Source: the human T2T-CHM13v2.0 reference genome, Homo sapiens
Assembly (NCBI RefSeq): GCF_009914755.1
Contig: NC_060929.1
DNA: 64,000 bases
Direction: 5' to 3' (one strand)
How positions within the stretch are numbered: the stretch's first letter is position 1; the number at the start of each line of letters is the position of its first letter. The translations under genes were made by a program, and so were the position numbers. Positions 18,306-33,699 of this stretch are shown here, piece by piece. Below the pieces are notes generated by a model. It saw only the letters and a program-made list of their open reading frames with translations, did not search any database and had not been told where the DNA came from.

Positions 18306-19849
18306 TATAGACATATTCCTGTGGGAAATTATGATCTTTCAGACATTATTCATCCATAATTCAAAAAACCTTTGCACATGAAACAACAGGCAAAGGTTTT
18401 AAAAGTACAAATTAATCAGAACAATAAAAACTTTCCAGGAAAATCAATAACATTTTAAGTTGGACACTGCTTAAAATACAACACTGCAGAGCAATAGATG
18501 GCATGGCTTTGTGAAAAAGAGAAAGACCTCGCCTTACTACTTACAATGGAAACACCTACAAAATTCTTTTTAATGGGCTATAAAAATAGATGTTCAAATA
18601 TAGCTGCCTTGAACAATTTCTTTATGTGTTTATAGCTTTAACCCAGGGCCTCATCCTAAGAATTTTTGCTACTGATAATGAAGCTGTATTTTTTTAAAAA
18701 TGAAAATGGTATGTACCTGTGATCTTTTAGGATGACAGTCTAATTAAGATTAGCAACTAGAGAGAAAGAAAACCCAAGCTAAACGTTTCTGTACTTTAGT
18801 AAATTCTACCCTCTATGGTCCTAATAGCAATAGCATGGCCACTTTGAGCAGTGCTGCAAGGCAGTTGCTCACACACACACTACTTAGCCATGAATGGGTG
18901 GCTTGAAGCCACCAGGAAGACAGGTTTAAATTGGCAACATCATTTTCCTGATTCGACCCTGTGACTAAAGCGTCCTGCTTTGGGATTTGGGTCAGTCAAT
19001 CAGCAGGTATTTATCTGGTGCTTACTTTGTGCCTGGGACGCTGTTAACTCAGCAGAAAAAACATAAGCAAAGACAAAAAAGTTAGAGGCAAGAGAAAAAA
19101 AGCCAAAATAACAAAAACTGAGATTACAAAACACTGAAGACAGTGTTAGTACCGCTGCAAGGAGAAAGAGATAATTTAATGTTTACAGATACAAGAAGTG
19201 AAGAATTAACTCCACCTAAACTCTTGATTTAAATCAAATATGCCTGATAAACATATGCTAAATGCATTGGATACATATTTTAAAAACACATGTTTTAGTT
19301 GTTATTCCCCAGTGAGAAGTACAGGTGCAGCATGGCCTTTTATAATGATAATAGACAATTATATGCATTATCCTACCCTAAAAGTTCTCACTCCACTCAA
19401 ACAGTTATTTGACAATGTTTATTAGCTCAAATATGAGGTACAGGCAAGCATTATCAGACAGTCCCTAGAACTGTGACTGATTCCTAAATCACTCTACTGA
19501 AAAGAAAAATGTGGTATCCAGGCCTGAGAGTCAGTCACTGTGAGGGTCTGACATTTACATTCAGAGAGGATCTGACCTGCTATTGCAGCTACTTTCACAT
19601 CCTTGACCTTCAAATCTTCTCCTCTGACCTTGCATCCCTATTGCTGGGCCAGGAGAGACCAGATCAGACCGTGTGCACACATCTGCAGAAAGGTCACAGC
19701 CTCGAATATTTTACTTTATATGTAGGTCCAGTCCTCATAGCCATGAACCCTTGACATGTAAAACCACTATGATTTTGTACCAACAGGTATCTCAGCTAAG
19801 TTGCTGAGATGAGGTAGCCACTTACCACATTGTCTAGCCTCTTAGCAGT

Positions 19850-20900
19850 GGCCACAGCTCCTACCTCACAGAAGAAAATTGCAGTCAACCGCTGTATAAC
19901 CAGGCCATGACTCTTTTCTCTTCTCTACCCATCTCAGAGTTTGTTCCTCTACTAAATTCTTCTTGGTTTCAAAAGCAGAGTCCCTACCCTCTCTTGCAAT
20001 ATTTTGTTTCATAAATTGTTTTCTCAAATATTATATTTCAATCTTACCTTCCTTCTGTCTATAAAACCATTAGCCTCATCTAATCTAAAAAATACAAATA
20101 AAACACTCTAACTCAACTCTGTATCCACTTCATAGTTGTGTACCCACTTCACGGGGATTCACAAGAACTACTCTGTTCCTCTGCCCCCTCTTTCCTCTTT
20201 CACAGCCAAACTGTGCAGAAGAATGGTCTTCAATCTCCAGCTACATTTCTTAATATTCCAGTTTCTCCCCAGTCTCCACCTATTTTCCTTATATCTCAGT
20301 TTCCCACATTTCCCTGGCAAAGCTCATCCACGACTTTCCTATTGCCAAATCCCTTAAGGTCCTTTTAGTTCTTACATTAAATTATCCATGTTTTTGCTAT
20401 GGACAACTTGAAACTCTCCCCCTCCTCGCTTTCAGAGACATCAACTTTTCTGACTATTTCTTGTCTTCATTACTGGTGCCTGCTTTTTAAATGTTGGTGT
20501 TTCTTTTTTTATTACTCTAAAATTTTTCCCTGGGAAATTGTGCTGGTAACTTTTAGATCTACATGTCCTTCTCTACCTTTTAGATAACTAGTCCATATCC
20601 TTCCCCACATATCCAATTGCCTATTCTTCTCTCCATCTTGAAGTCCCAGATAAATTAAACTCAACAGATTCTAAGCAGAGTTCATCTTTCTCTCAAAAAT
20701 TCCTCCTCAGTCTGTTGTCCATATTTTAACAAATGTCATCACTACTTTTATCCCAATGGTTTCTTGCCTTCCATATTTTAATCTAGTCTGTTCCCTCTGC
20801 TGAGATTACACTTTTGTCCCACTTGTCTGCCTATGAATGCTTCCTCAACTTCAAGCTTGAGAATCACCTCCTTCATGGAGCACTCCCAGCCTGGCCAGGT
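19850..20900 (+). mobile_element. L2 fragments
   Basis: Pyrimidine-rich L2 motifs such as ctctttcacagccaaactg, atatccaattgccta, aaactcaaca, gagttcatctttc. Confidence 0.6.
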
Positions 20901-20974
20901 AAAAGTGACCATTGCTAGCTGCCTGCTACCACCCTTAAAGAGATACCCCAAACAGTATGTGTAGCACTGAATTA

Positions 20975-21432
20975 TGAAGGAGGAGCATGTTTTAGGGAGA
21001 AAGAAGAGCACATGGAAAAGCCCTACGATAAGAAGGAGTTTGGGCTTTTGAGGGACCACAAGAAGCTCTGTGGCTGGGTGGAGCACTAGGCCAAAGGGAC
21101 AGTGGCATGAAACCAGCTAAGATTGTTGGAAACTTGAGGGATGGTGGAAGAATGGAGAAGGGAGGTGGGGTCCCAGTCATTCAGGACCTTGCAGGCCATG
21201 GTATAGCTTTTTCCATGCTATTCTAACTACCATGGGAAGCCAAGGACATTTCTAAAGCTGGGAGTGACAAAATCCAATGTAGATTTTAAAATGACCTCTC
21301 CAGCTGCAGTGTGAATAGATTTCAGAGAAGCAAGATTGTTAAAGAGGTGACTAGTTAGGAAGTCATTACAATAATCCAGCCAGAAAAAGATAGTCACTTA
21401 GCGTGGAGTAGTAGTAGGGATGACAGAGAACA
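20975..21432 (-). mobile_element. L2a fragment
   Basis: ggaccttgcaggccatgg...catgggaagcca...gggagtgacaaaatc...ctagttaggaagtcattacaataatccag. Confidence 0.8.
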
Positions 21433-22029
21433 TAGTCAAAATTTTTGTCAAACTTTCTCGTACAAGCAAACAAATGAGACTGTGTTGCTTGATTAAACTA
21501 ATAATCAGTTTCAGGATGTTCCATGGTCATTACTGGCTGCATCCTGTGACCATCTGGAGACCAGAATGACCAGCCAAGCCCCTATGTCTTTGCACACGCA
21601 CAAAAACAACTTCTACAGAATTAATTGGCATGCTCCACAAAGTTTGCTGTGTTCTTTGAACTCTCTTGACCTTGGGAAAATGCTTTTCTCACAGAAAACT
21701 TTTCAGCCAATTGAGCTTGGACTCTTCTTAAAGGTCACATGGACTCTTGTATTGGAAATACTATTTGTACGTTTGTATTTCCTTTGTTAGTTCCAGAGTC
21801 TACATTCCTCTCATAGAGCAAACAAAGGCTAAAGGAAGATCAATGAAGAAGAGAAATGAAGGACATACTGGAAATAAACTTCCTGAAGAAACTACATGGG
21901 AAACAAATGCCACTAAAACTACTAGGTAGAAATAATATCTATATGCCAGACAGAGCAATAAAAAAATCGATAATCACATACAGACAACTTTCATGAGATC
22001 TGTGTGCCTAGGAACAGAGTAGTAGGTAG

Positions 22030-22539
22030 TGTCAGAAGATAAAATTATAAAAAATTAAGTTTAAAGATTTCAAATGGCTTAGTTGTGATTCTAGAATCAG
22101 GCAACACTCCATCCCATAAAATAGAATAAGTGTTCCAATGAGTTGGACTGAGGAGGTTGGCTTTATAGACAGAAAATGAGCTGAAGAAGGCTGACATAAA
22201 GAACAAAAAGAGACTGATCATTTCAAAGTTGCTTTCCTTGTAAGACAGGGACAGGGAGACAGAATAATAAAGAGATAACTGATTGGTTAACACCAGTTTA
22301 CTTCAGATCACTCCTTAATGTAAGGATTAAAACAAGAGGAACTTCATTATCATGCCAATTGAAGATTGCAACAGGCCTGTTAGAAAAATTAAGCTATTTT
22401 TCCCTCTTGATTTCTTGGAAAACCAGATAATAACTCAGTTTTATTTTGGTGAGTGTGGGTGACTCCATTTGTGGTTTTTAGTCTAATCTGCTGGGGCCTA
22501 GTGCAGGAGTTAATGGCCTCCTATAATGCTTGTTTAACA
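22030..22539 (-). mobile_element. ERV1 MER4-group LTR (MER67/MER31-like), 3' LTR
   Basis: tgtcagaagataaaattata...ggggcctagtgcaggag...aatggcctcctataa...tttaaca; followed by a polypurine tract (cttccctctttt on the + strand). Confidence 0.8.
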
Positions 22540-22599
22540 ACTTCCCTCTTTTGGTGAGGTTCTCACCCAGGTGAGAGTGTGATCAAAACTAAAGGCATC

Positions 22600-22916
<317 letters not shown>

Positions 22917-23003
22917 ATCAAAACGAAAGGTATTAACACTACTCTTAGTTACCATCATTCTGGGTTTCCAGTCTCAACATGTCATTGGTAGGTTACAGTG
23001 TTC

Positions 23004-23385
23004 TCATGAAAATGCATTTCTTTGCACTGAAGGAAAACCATTTGATATTTGACAGATAGCTGTGTGCAAAAAGTTAAAACTTTTCAAGAAAAAATAATGC
23101 ACCAGGCAGACTATTTGTATGACTATTAGGAAGATATTACCAAGAGTTTGGAGTATGCTCCTAAGCCAGGGTCTTGATGAATTGAACCACCTAAAATTGA
23201 ATAGATCAAAGAATGAATCAGATGAGGATCTACCCATTTTAACCAAGTAGGCTGATCGTTAAGTTTTTGCAACTGTCTCCACAATACCCTATGTATTTAT
23301 CTATGTGCAACAAGAAGTGTCAACTGCACAGATTCCTCCTTGTTCAGTAAATAGTAGGCAGCAATTCTATCATCTAGCAACACAG
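23004..23385 (-). pseudogene. Retroviral env TM remnant (ISD, C-x-CC motif, transmembrane segment)
   Basis: VLLDDRIAAYYLL/EQGGICAVDTSCCT*INT*GIV at about 23281-23383, then FFDLFNFRWFNSSRPWLRSILQTLGNIFLIVIQIVCLV (ORF 23004..23246). Confidence 0.85.
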
Positions 23386-23530
23386 GAAAATGTCAAATTA
23401 AAGCAGAGAATACTAACTCTATAAAAGAGACCACTAGTACAATGTGAACAAACATTGTGTTAGGAATGTTGCTAATGTTACCCGTTAGGTACATTCAAAG
23501 ATCTCTTAAGTCCTGTAAAGGTTTAGGTTT

Positions 23531-23697
23531 GAGCCAGGCATGGTGGTACATTCCTAAATTCCCAGCTACTCAGGAGGCTGAGGTGGAAGGATTGCTTGCA
23601 CCCAGTTCAAGGTTGTAATGTGCCATGATTATGCTTGTGAATAGCCACTGCACTCCAGCCTGGGCAACATAGCAAAACCCCATTTCTTTTAAAAAAA
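23531..23697 (+). mobile_element. FAM (fossil Alu monomer)
   Basis: Retains the 7SL-derived gtgaatagccactgcactcc segment. Confidence 0.85.
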
Positions 23698-23831
23698 TGG
23701 ATTTGACGTGACAGATCCAATGCTTTGTTAAGTTACTCACAAAAACTACTGACTGAAATTCTAACTACAGCATTATCCTGTCAAGTGGAAGAGATAAGCA
23801 TAAATAACCAAAAATTAAGAAGGGTAAGAGT

Positions 23832-23922
23832 TGTCTGAGCTCAGGCATTTCAGACCAGCCTGGGCAACATGGTGAGGCCCCATCTTTACAAAATATAAAA
23901 GAAAAAAATTGTTAAAGAAAAG
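23832..23922 (+). mobile_element. 5'-truncated Alu left monomer
   Basis: cagaccagcctgggcaacatggtgagg plus A tail; 16-bp TSD taagaagggtaagagt at 23816-23831 and 23923-23938. Confidence 0.85.
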
Positions 23923-25079
23923 TAAGAAGGGTAAGAGTCTTACTATGGTATGGAGTCTTGTTCCTCTGGTTTTGTGAAAAGCTATCCACAGCATGAAGTC
24001 AGAGACTTATCCTAATTTGCAGTTTGAATATCTTCAGTTGTGGCATCAGACATTCTCACAAACTATCTGTGTGGCTCAAACATCAGGCATGAGACTTGTC
24101 CCTTGGAATGTATATTGAATTGTCAAACTTTGGCTATAGGGTTTCAGGAACAGAGCAGTTCTCATTCTTTGTTGAAGAGTTGTACCCAGATATTAGAGAA
24201 AACTAGAAAGAATTTGGAATCCAGTTTACAGATAGATCATAAAAATTCAAAGGCAATAAACAGGGCTACAAGCAAATAACAGATGTACTGTACTTTTCTT
24301 CTGAAACATAATTTTTCTCTCTACAGTTACCCCCATTTTTATTAAAGATAATCATGGTAAGACCAATATGATTGTAAAATAAGTTTAGCCTCAAACTTGG
24401 CCTGATATTTACATAAGTGCAGCAAGAATAGCCACATAAGCTCACTCCTTTTAAATTTGCTTTACTGTAAATGTTCACAAGGAAACTCAAATTGGACTTT
24501 TAAAAACCTCTTCATGCTAGGATGTCAAACCAAGGCAGATATCAGACTTTGCCTACAGTATGTAATATCTTGAAGTTCTCTGGCCTGCCAAGAAGTGATA
24601 ACTGTTTATTCACTCTCTGAAGGGTTGGGAACTCCTGAAGCCAGGCATTCTATGCTTATTTTCAAATATGACATTCCAGTCAAAGCCTCAGTAATATATT
24701 CAATATTTCAACTGTACCTTGTTAAAGGATACAGTTAAATTCTTATTGAACTTATGTAAATACTCATATTTAACATAAAAATAAGAATACTCACTAATAG
24801 TTTCTGAATTTTGGAGAGATCAAGTAGGGAAGAAAAGCAAATGTTTCCATTTTTATGTACAAAAGAATACTTTATCAAATTGCTGTAAGCTGTACATAGC
24901 TGAAAAGAAAAAGAAATTCCTTAAATTTGAAAAGCAAGACATGAAAAGAACCAGCATTGGCTCAAATTTTTAAAAGCCATGAAACCTCATACGTTTTCTT
25001 CATCAGTTCATTCAGTCTAATGTGATTAATTTTTGCTCTATTTAATCTTAGTTAGCAGCTTCACAAACGCATCAGTTTT

Positions 25080-25388
25080 GTTGTTATTGTTGTTTTTGTT
25101 GTTTTGAGACAGAGTGTCTCTCTGTTGCCCAGGTTGGAGTGCAGTGGTGCTATCTCGGCTTACTGCAACCTCTGCCTCCTGAGTTCAAGCAATTCTTGTG
25201 CCTCAACTCCCCAAGTAGCTGGGATTACAGCGCTACCACACCAGCCTAATTTTTGTATTTTTTCAGTGGAGACGGGGTTTCGCCATATTGTCCATCCAAG
25301 CTGGTCATGAACTCCTGACCTCAAGTGATCGGCCCACCTTAGCCTCCCAAAGTGCTGGGATTACAGGTGTGAGCCACCACACCCAACC
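25080..25388 (-). mobile_element. Alu (AluS)
   Basis: Antisense dimer; TSD catcagtttt. Confidence 0.95.
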
Positions 25389-25995
25389 CCATCAGTTTTT
25401 TCACTTGAGTTTTAGAAATTCCTACCCAGTTTAATAATATCTCAGTTATCAGAAACCTGTACTTGTCAGAATTCGTTCCATTCTCTTCATGAACCTCCTT
25501 GAAGATACAATGCTTTAAGATTGCAAAAGGCTTTCAGAAAAGCATCCGAATAAAGCAATTAACTGCAGGCAACAAGACATAAAATGGCCATGGTTCAAAA
25601 TCTGATGAGCGTCCATAGTGACCCACTTGATAAGGAAATTTGGTTTTCTCTGTGGTGTACAACACTGGAACATAATAACCAAAATTATTACTGATAACAT
25701 CATAATTTTTGAAATCTCATACGATTTTGGAGCACATATTAATAATATGTCCATACAAATATAACTCAAAGAAGGTTAAACATTTCTTATTTGACAATAT
25801 TTCTTATATAATTTAACATATCAAATAAGCCTACTTCAGTTTAATACTTATTTAATAGATCATTTGAGAAGTTCTGGAACCCTGTGGAACATCTCAAAGT
25901 TAGTTCAAGGTTAAAAAGACTTAAATTGAGAATTTGATTTGGGGAAGTCTGTAAAAATAAAGGTTTCAAATGTTTGATCAAAAATAGGATCACAC

Positions 25996-26303
25996 GGCCA
26001 GGCATGGTGGCTCACTCTTGTAATCCCAGCATTTTAGGAGGCCGAGGTGGGCAGATCACTTGAGGTCAGGAGTTCGAGACCAACCTGACCAACATGGCGA
26101 AACCCCATCTCTACAAAAAATACAAAAATTAGCTGGGCATGTTGACATACACCTATGGTCCCAGCTATTCAGGAGACTGAGGCAGGAGAATCACTTAAGC
26201 CCGGGAGGCAGAGGTTTCAGTGAGCTGAGATGGCACCACTGCACTGCAGCCTGGGGGACAGAGCGAGACTGTCTCTAAAGAAATACATATATAAATAAAT
26301 GAA
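25996..26303 (+). mobile_element. Alu (AluS)
   Basis: Full dimer. Confidence 0.95.
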
Positions 26304-26428
26304 ACTTTGACTAATATTTTCCAATTCTGAATCTGACAAGTCATTCTGAACTCCATTTTCAAATTTCATGGCCTTTCTATAACTAAAACCACTTCCATGT
26401 TTCCTTTTCTTTTTTTCTTCACCTAACA

Positions 26429-26653
26429 TAATGGTGTGCTGGTAATGTTTAACAGACAGCTCTCCAGGGTAAAACAACAAGAACAACAACAAACCCTGAT
26501 TTATTGTGTTCACCCATTTCTGTGGTATAACTACTCCTGTCTACCACGCCTGATTTCAAACTATCAATATGACGTCACTAAATGTGGAGTTGGAAAGACA
26601 CACTCATGACTGGTTCTCATTAATCAGTTTACAGACGCGCCAGCACACCATTG
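26429..26653 (-). mobile_element. MER63A-like hAT MITE
   Basis: TIRs (t)aatggtgtgctgg...ccagcacaccattg; internal tgacgtcactaaatgtggagttgg. Confidence 0.8.
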
Positions 26654-27595
26654 ATATAACATACCTCTTTACATCCCACTACAAGTCATACAGAATTTGG
26701 TCTGTGAAAAATTTTTATTTAACTGTTTAAGGCAGCTTTTGGGGTTGTAGTTGAGGAGATTGGACATAAGATATTTAGCTCTGGAATCTAATTGATAAAC
26801 AAGACAACTGCCAAGGTACAGTTAATAGTGTTAATAATGATGATAATTTTCTACCTCAAAGGAAAAAACTAAAATTTTATTTGAATTAAAAAGTCCTAAT
26901 ATGTAAATTCCCCAATATATATTCTAAATTGACTATTATTTTTCATTGAGAAGTAAAGGCCTTATGAAATTTTATTCTTGGCATTCCTGTACAGAAATAC
27001 CGGCTAGCTTTCGATCAGCTGGCCAGCATGTGATTAATATAAAAGTTTTATAGACATAGCAATATGTAACTATAATGACTTTGGGTTTTTTTTTTTGTCA
27101 AAGGAGAAAATTGTGTTTTTCTTGACTATAACACAAAATAAACTATTTTTAAATTTTACACAAAATCCCCAACAATAAGAGTTTTAACAATCCTGGTAAA
27201 CTAGGTTTAGAAATAGCAACATTTTAAACCTCCAAAATATTATACAATACATTAAGTCCATCTCATACTTATCAATTACACATGAAATTATATGAACAAA
27301 CAATTTTTTTGCCATTACACAGATACGCTGTGACTTTCCTATCGTAGTCCCTGTATAAGCCAGAGAGAGAGTAGATAGTGGATAGTGGCCTTCGACGACA
27401 TATAACTTGTTTAGTTATACATGCACACAGACACATGCATGCAAGCTGTTTTGGGATTTCGATTAGGATTTTATGAAGTCTAGAAATCAGCTTGGAGAAA
27501 ATGATATTTTTATAGTGTTGAGTCTTCCGGTTCATGAACATGACATATCTCTCTGTTGATTTAGGCCTATAAAAACTTCTCTCAATAATATTTTA

Positions 27596-27985
<390 letters not shown>

Positions 27986-28022
27986 TTATATTTTCAAACT
28001 TGTATTTTATAAATGCTGCTGA

Positions 28023-28388
<366 letters not shown>

Positions 28389-28635
28389 GTCTATCTATTT
28401 CTAATTTGCTAGAAGTTGAATTTAAATCATGTATGAGTATTGAAATTATTAAAAGATATTTCTGCATCTTTTAAGATGATCAAATCATTTTTCTCTTTTA
28501 TTCTGCAAGTGTGATGAATTACATTGGTTAATTTTCAAAAGTTAAGTCAATTTACATTTCTTTAATAAACCCCACTTGAATGTAATATATATGCTTACAT
28601 GGTAGTGTTGTTTATTTTAATTCTACATGCATATT

Positions 28636-29055
28636 TGTCAAGAACTATGAAAGATATGAGATTTTACTCTACTTGCAAGCTAGCAAGTTAGCCTGCCATA
28701 ATTTCAGGGATGCAGGCAGAAGCTACAACATTCCTGAGTCAAAGATAAAGGACATTATTACTCATGGCACAGGAAGAAGTGTGAGCTTTGTGTTTGTGTC
28801 AATTCTCCTCACCCCCCCCAAAAGCCCATTGGGGTGACACGGAGTGGTCCAGGTAGATATTAGGCACATAGTGCATTTGCATCATAACTGAGAAATCCTG
28901 AGCAGACAAACTTACTGTGCTTTGGAGAGAGACACTATCTCTACCCCAAAGCTCCTTGCTGTACAAACATTCATTAAAAATAGTCTGAAACAAAACTTTT
29001 AGTGCCTTTGCTCACAAATCATGCAGGGAGGCCTATAAAGAATTGTCTTCCAATA
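28636..29055 (-). mobile_element. LTR40-like ERVL solo LTR
   Basis: tgtcaagaact...gagattttactctacttgcaagcta...aattgtcttccaata; 5-bp TSD ATATT at 28631-28635 and 29056-29060. Confidence 0.8.
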
Positions 29056-31834
29056 ATATTTAAATTACACAAGATACGATGATTAGTATATTCAGTCAAC
29101 TTCCATTTAGGTATGCCCGCATATTTACCTTTCTCATTGCTCTTCTTTCTTTCTTGAATAGTTGATCTTCCATTAGGAATGATTTTCCTTCTGCCAAAAG
29201 AAGTATTTTCTTTATTGTAGGTCTGCTAGAGATCAATTATATCAGTTTTTGCTTAAAAAACAAATGTCATTATTTCATCTTCATTATTGGAGGATATTTT
29301 CCCTGTGTATAAACTATAGGTTATCTTCTTTGGGTTCTTTGGAAATATCATCCCATTGTTTTCTGGCTTTCATTATTTCTTTTGAAAAGTACTATGTCAA
29401 ATTGTTTTCCTTGAAAGTAATCTGTCTTTTCTCTTCTGGCTGCTTTTAAAATTTACCTTATTATTGTTATTTACATCAGTTTTACAATGATGAGCCTAGG
29501 TATGAATTTCTTTTTATTTATCCTTAGGAATTATTGAATATAGGCTTATTGTTCTTTATCAACTTTGGAAGATTCTTAGCCATTATTTTCTCAAATATTG
29601 TTTCTGTCCTATTTCACTCTCCTCTACTTCTTGGATTCCACATGTATATCATATTTTCTCACTGTAATCTCATCATTTCTCTCTTTTTTTTGTCTGCCAT
29701 TAATTGTGATTTATGATTTTCTGCATATTTTCTTCTGTCCTACCATTCAGATCACAGATTCTCTCTTCAATTGTGTTTAATCTGCTGTTAAATCCATATA
29801 TTTTGTTCTTAATTTTAGTTACTGCATTTGCAAATTCTAGCTTTTCTATTTGATCCCTTTTCAGTTTACCATGGTTTAATATTTTTAGCTCTCAGCTATA
29901 ATTCCAAATCTTGTCTTTTATCTCTATGAATGTAAGAAAGCATAGCTTTTAAAATCAATGTTTGAGGACCCTAATTTTTGGAGTGTTTGCAAGACTGTTT
30001 TTAGTTATTTTTCATGAAGTTCTGTCTTCTTAGAGTCTTGGTTATTTTCTATTGTGCATCAGAACTTGTGTTTTAAAAATTATATGTTGACATAATTTGA
30101 GGTCTAGCATAATGTCAACTTTACCCAGGAAAAAGTTTGCATTTGGGACATTTGGGACCTCTAGCAATCTGGAAACACTTAAGATAATTTCAGTGATAAA
30201 AGTAATTTGGAACTGGGCTACAGTCTTTGAGAGAGCCAGTTGGCTTCTACTTCACCCTTATTCCTGGCTATAGTTCTTTGGAGTTACAACCTTATGTGCA
30301 AAGAGTTTGATAAGCTTCCACTTGGGAAGGACTTTTATACCCCAGATACCTTTTCTGGAATTTTCAAATGTCTCTAGGAGAAAAGCAGCCTCAATCATAA
30401 GGCACAAGGTCTCTTGATTTTTATTTTTTCCAAATCGTGAACTAATTATGCCCTACTTCTTTAGCTTTCAGATACCTTCAAATGGATTTTCCCCCATCTT
30501 TTCTATTAAAACTCAGTAGGAGGTTTGGTCTGAATTACTAGTTTGTCACTACTGGAAATGAACATCTCTATTACTTAGTTTTTGTTGCTGTTGTTGCTGT
30601 TGTTGTTTTTAATCTCCAGATACTAAATTCTGATGTATAGTTACTGTTGAAGAACATGGAGTGGAAACAAGCTGTCATGTAACATTCCTTGTCCCCCACC
30701 TAAGCCACATACACATACCACCACTATCACCACCACCACTACAACTGTAACAACAGATGTGATTACTCTTCAGGATTCTAGTCAAGGCATTCAGCAGCCG
30801 GGCCCATACGTCAGCAGTAAAAGTTGATTGAGACTGACAGGATTGGAATGGGAGGTGAAAAGGGGTGCCAAGGGAAGCAGAATAGACAGGAAGTGGGTAA
30901 TTTTCTGGGGCATGTGTTGGGTAAAGTGGTGGTTCCACACCTACAAACTTGTGCTGCTCTGCTAAGTTGTATCAGGAAAAAGGAAGAGAAACAAAAAACA
31001 GATGTACCTTTTCCTCTAGGAAGCTCAACTCCTCTATACGTAAAGTTGTTTCCCTGTAGTAGTTTAACTCCACCACTAGGTCTCCAAAGATGGTGATGTT
31101 CCTTGCCACTTGGCGTCATTGATAAAGAGACTAACAATTAGAATTAGAATTTCCTCATTCGGTGGAAAAATCCATGCTTAGCACCGTGTTATTTCAAGCT
31201 GCATGATAGAAAAATGATATTAACTAAACAAAAACAAAACAAAAAAAAGGTCAATACACTTTGCTTTTTAAATTCTTTCTGATGAGATATTAAACTCATA
31301 TATGACCAAATTTCCAGCTTTCCATTTTAGGGACTGTCAATCAGGAGCAGCATTGAGGAGCTAAATGTGGTCATGTCTGCACTCCAAGCCTGCTAAAAAT
31401 GTTTTAGCTTCCAAACAGACAGAGTGACTGTTTCGTCAGCATGCAGCTGAGGGGTGAATGAGGACAGCCAGGCTGGGTACACTGCCACAGTTGCCTGTGC
31501 ATGTTCACCTCACATCATAGGTTTTCTTTTCCCCCAGTGCACTCCGTCTTTCCCTCCTTTCTGCTTAACAAGCACTCATACATTTAAATTTAATTGTAAC
31601 TTCTTTGTATATCTGTGTGTATACTTGGGTGTGTTTTATATCTCTTTTCTAGAGATAAAGTTTATTAAGGGTAGAGATTGTGTCTTCTTCCCTTATAATT
31701 AAAGTGATCTGACCACAATCATGTGGATTATGGAGCGGGGCTACGATGCAGTTAGTTAATCCCCTCAGCTAGACTGAACTGAATAATTTCACCATGTGCA
31801 TGGAGAACTCTGTTAAGCTAGAGTTATCACTGAG

Positions 31835-32250
31835 CCGCAGACATTTATTGAGCACCTTCTATGTGTCTAGAACTATCCTAGATTATGGAGAAAAAACACA
31901 AAAAGACTCAATCTTTACTTCCAATGTGATCACACCCTAATTATGAGTATAACTGTGTTTTAGGGAATAAGGCGGTGTGATGAAGACCACAACCATATAA
32001 ATAAGTAAAACCAACAACGATATTTGAAAACACATAGAAAACACAAGCAATTCTTTTTGGGGGACTCCAAAAAGACTTCTGAGAAAAGATTACATATAAA
32101 CTTTTGGTGATTACAAGCCTAACATGAGGGCAAACAGTAATAAAGAACTCCAAGCACAGAGAACAAGACATGTACAGATTAAAAGGTGAGAGAGAGGACT
32201 ATATGTTTGGGGGTTAGGCTAATGGGTTTCATGAAAAAAGCATAGAAGAA
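31835..32250 (-). mobile_element. L2 fragment
   Basis: acatttattgagcaccttctatgtgtctagaact is the L2 3' end. Confidence 0.65.
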
Positions 32251-32599
32251 CAGTAGGGGTCAGAGTTTTAATGCTTAACAAAATCTGTGGATATCTCCCA
32301 GAAATGTAAGTCCAGAAAATTCATCTTATTTCTGTCCTGATAATTCTCGAAGCATCACCATACTGGTTCCCAAACTAGCTCACAGCATGTCATTAACATA
32401 AAACAGCCTTGGAGCAAGGATGCTCAAGGAATCTGGGAATCAATTCTCCTGGTTTGAATCAGATTTGACATATTATAAATTCAACTGCAATAGATGGGTT
32501 ATAAACTATTTCACTGATTTCTTACTCATTTTTTTCATTTCATTTCGCAAATTTACATTTTCTAAATCCATTAGAGTCCCTAGAGCCCTCCTTGGTGAC

Positions 32600-33285
<686 letters not shown>

Positions 33286-33394
33286 CATATCCCCACTGCC
33301 TGGAGTGGAGATGGGATGCAGCGGATTGAAATCTACAAATTCTAGGGGGTCTAAAGCTTCAGACTTAATGGTTTAGTACAAATGATAAAAGATA

Positions 33395-33699
<305 letters not shown>

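Noticed and set aside
30675-31137. Overlapping 87-108 aa ORFs in unique sequence
   Set aside because: I recognise no homology and see no convincing splice-site pair; the lengths are within chance range.
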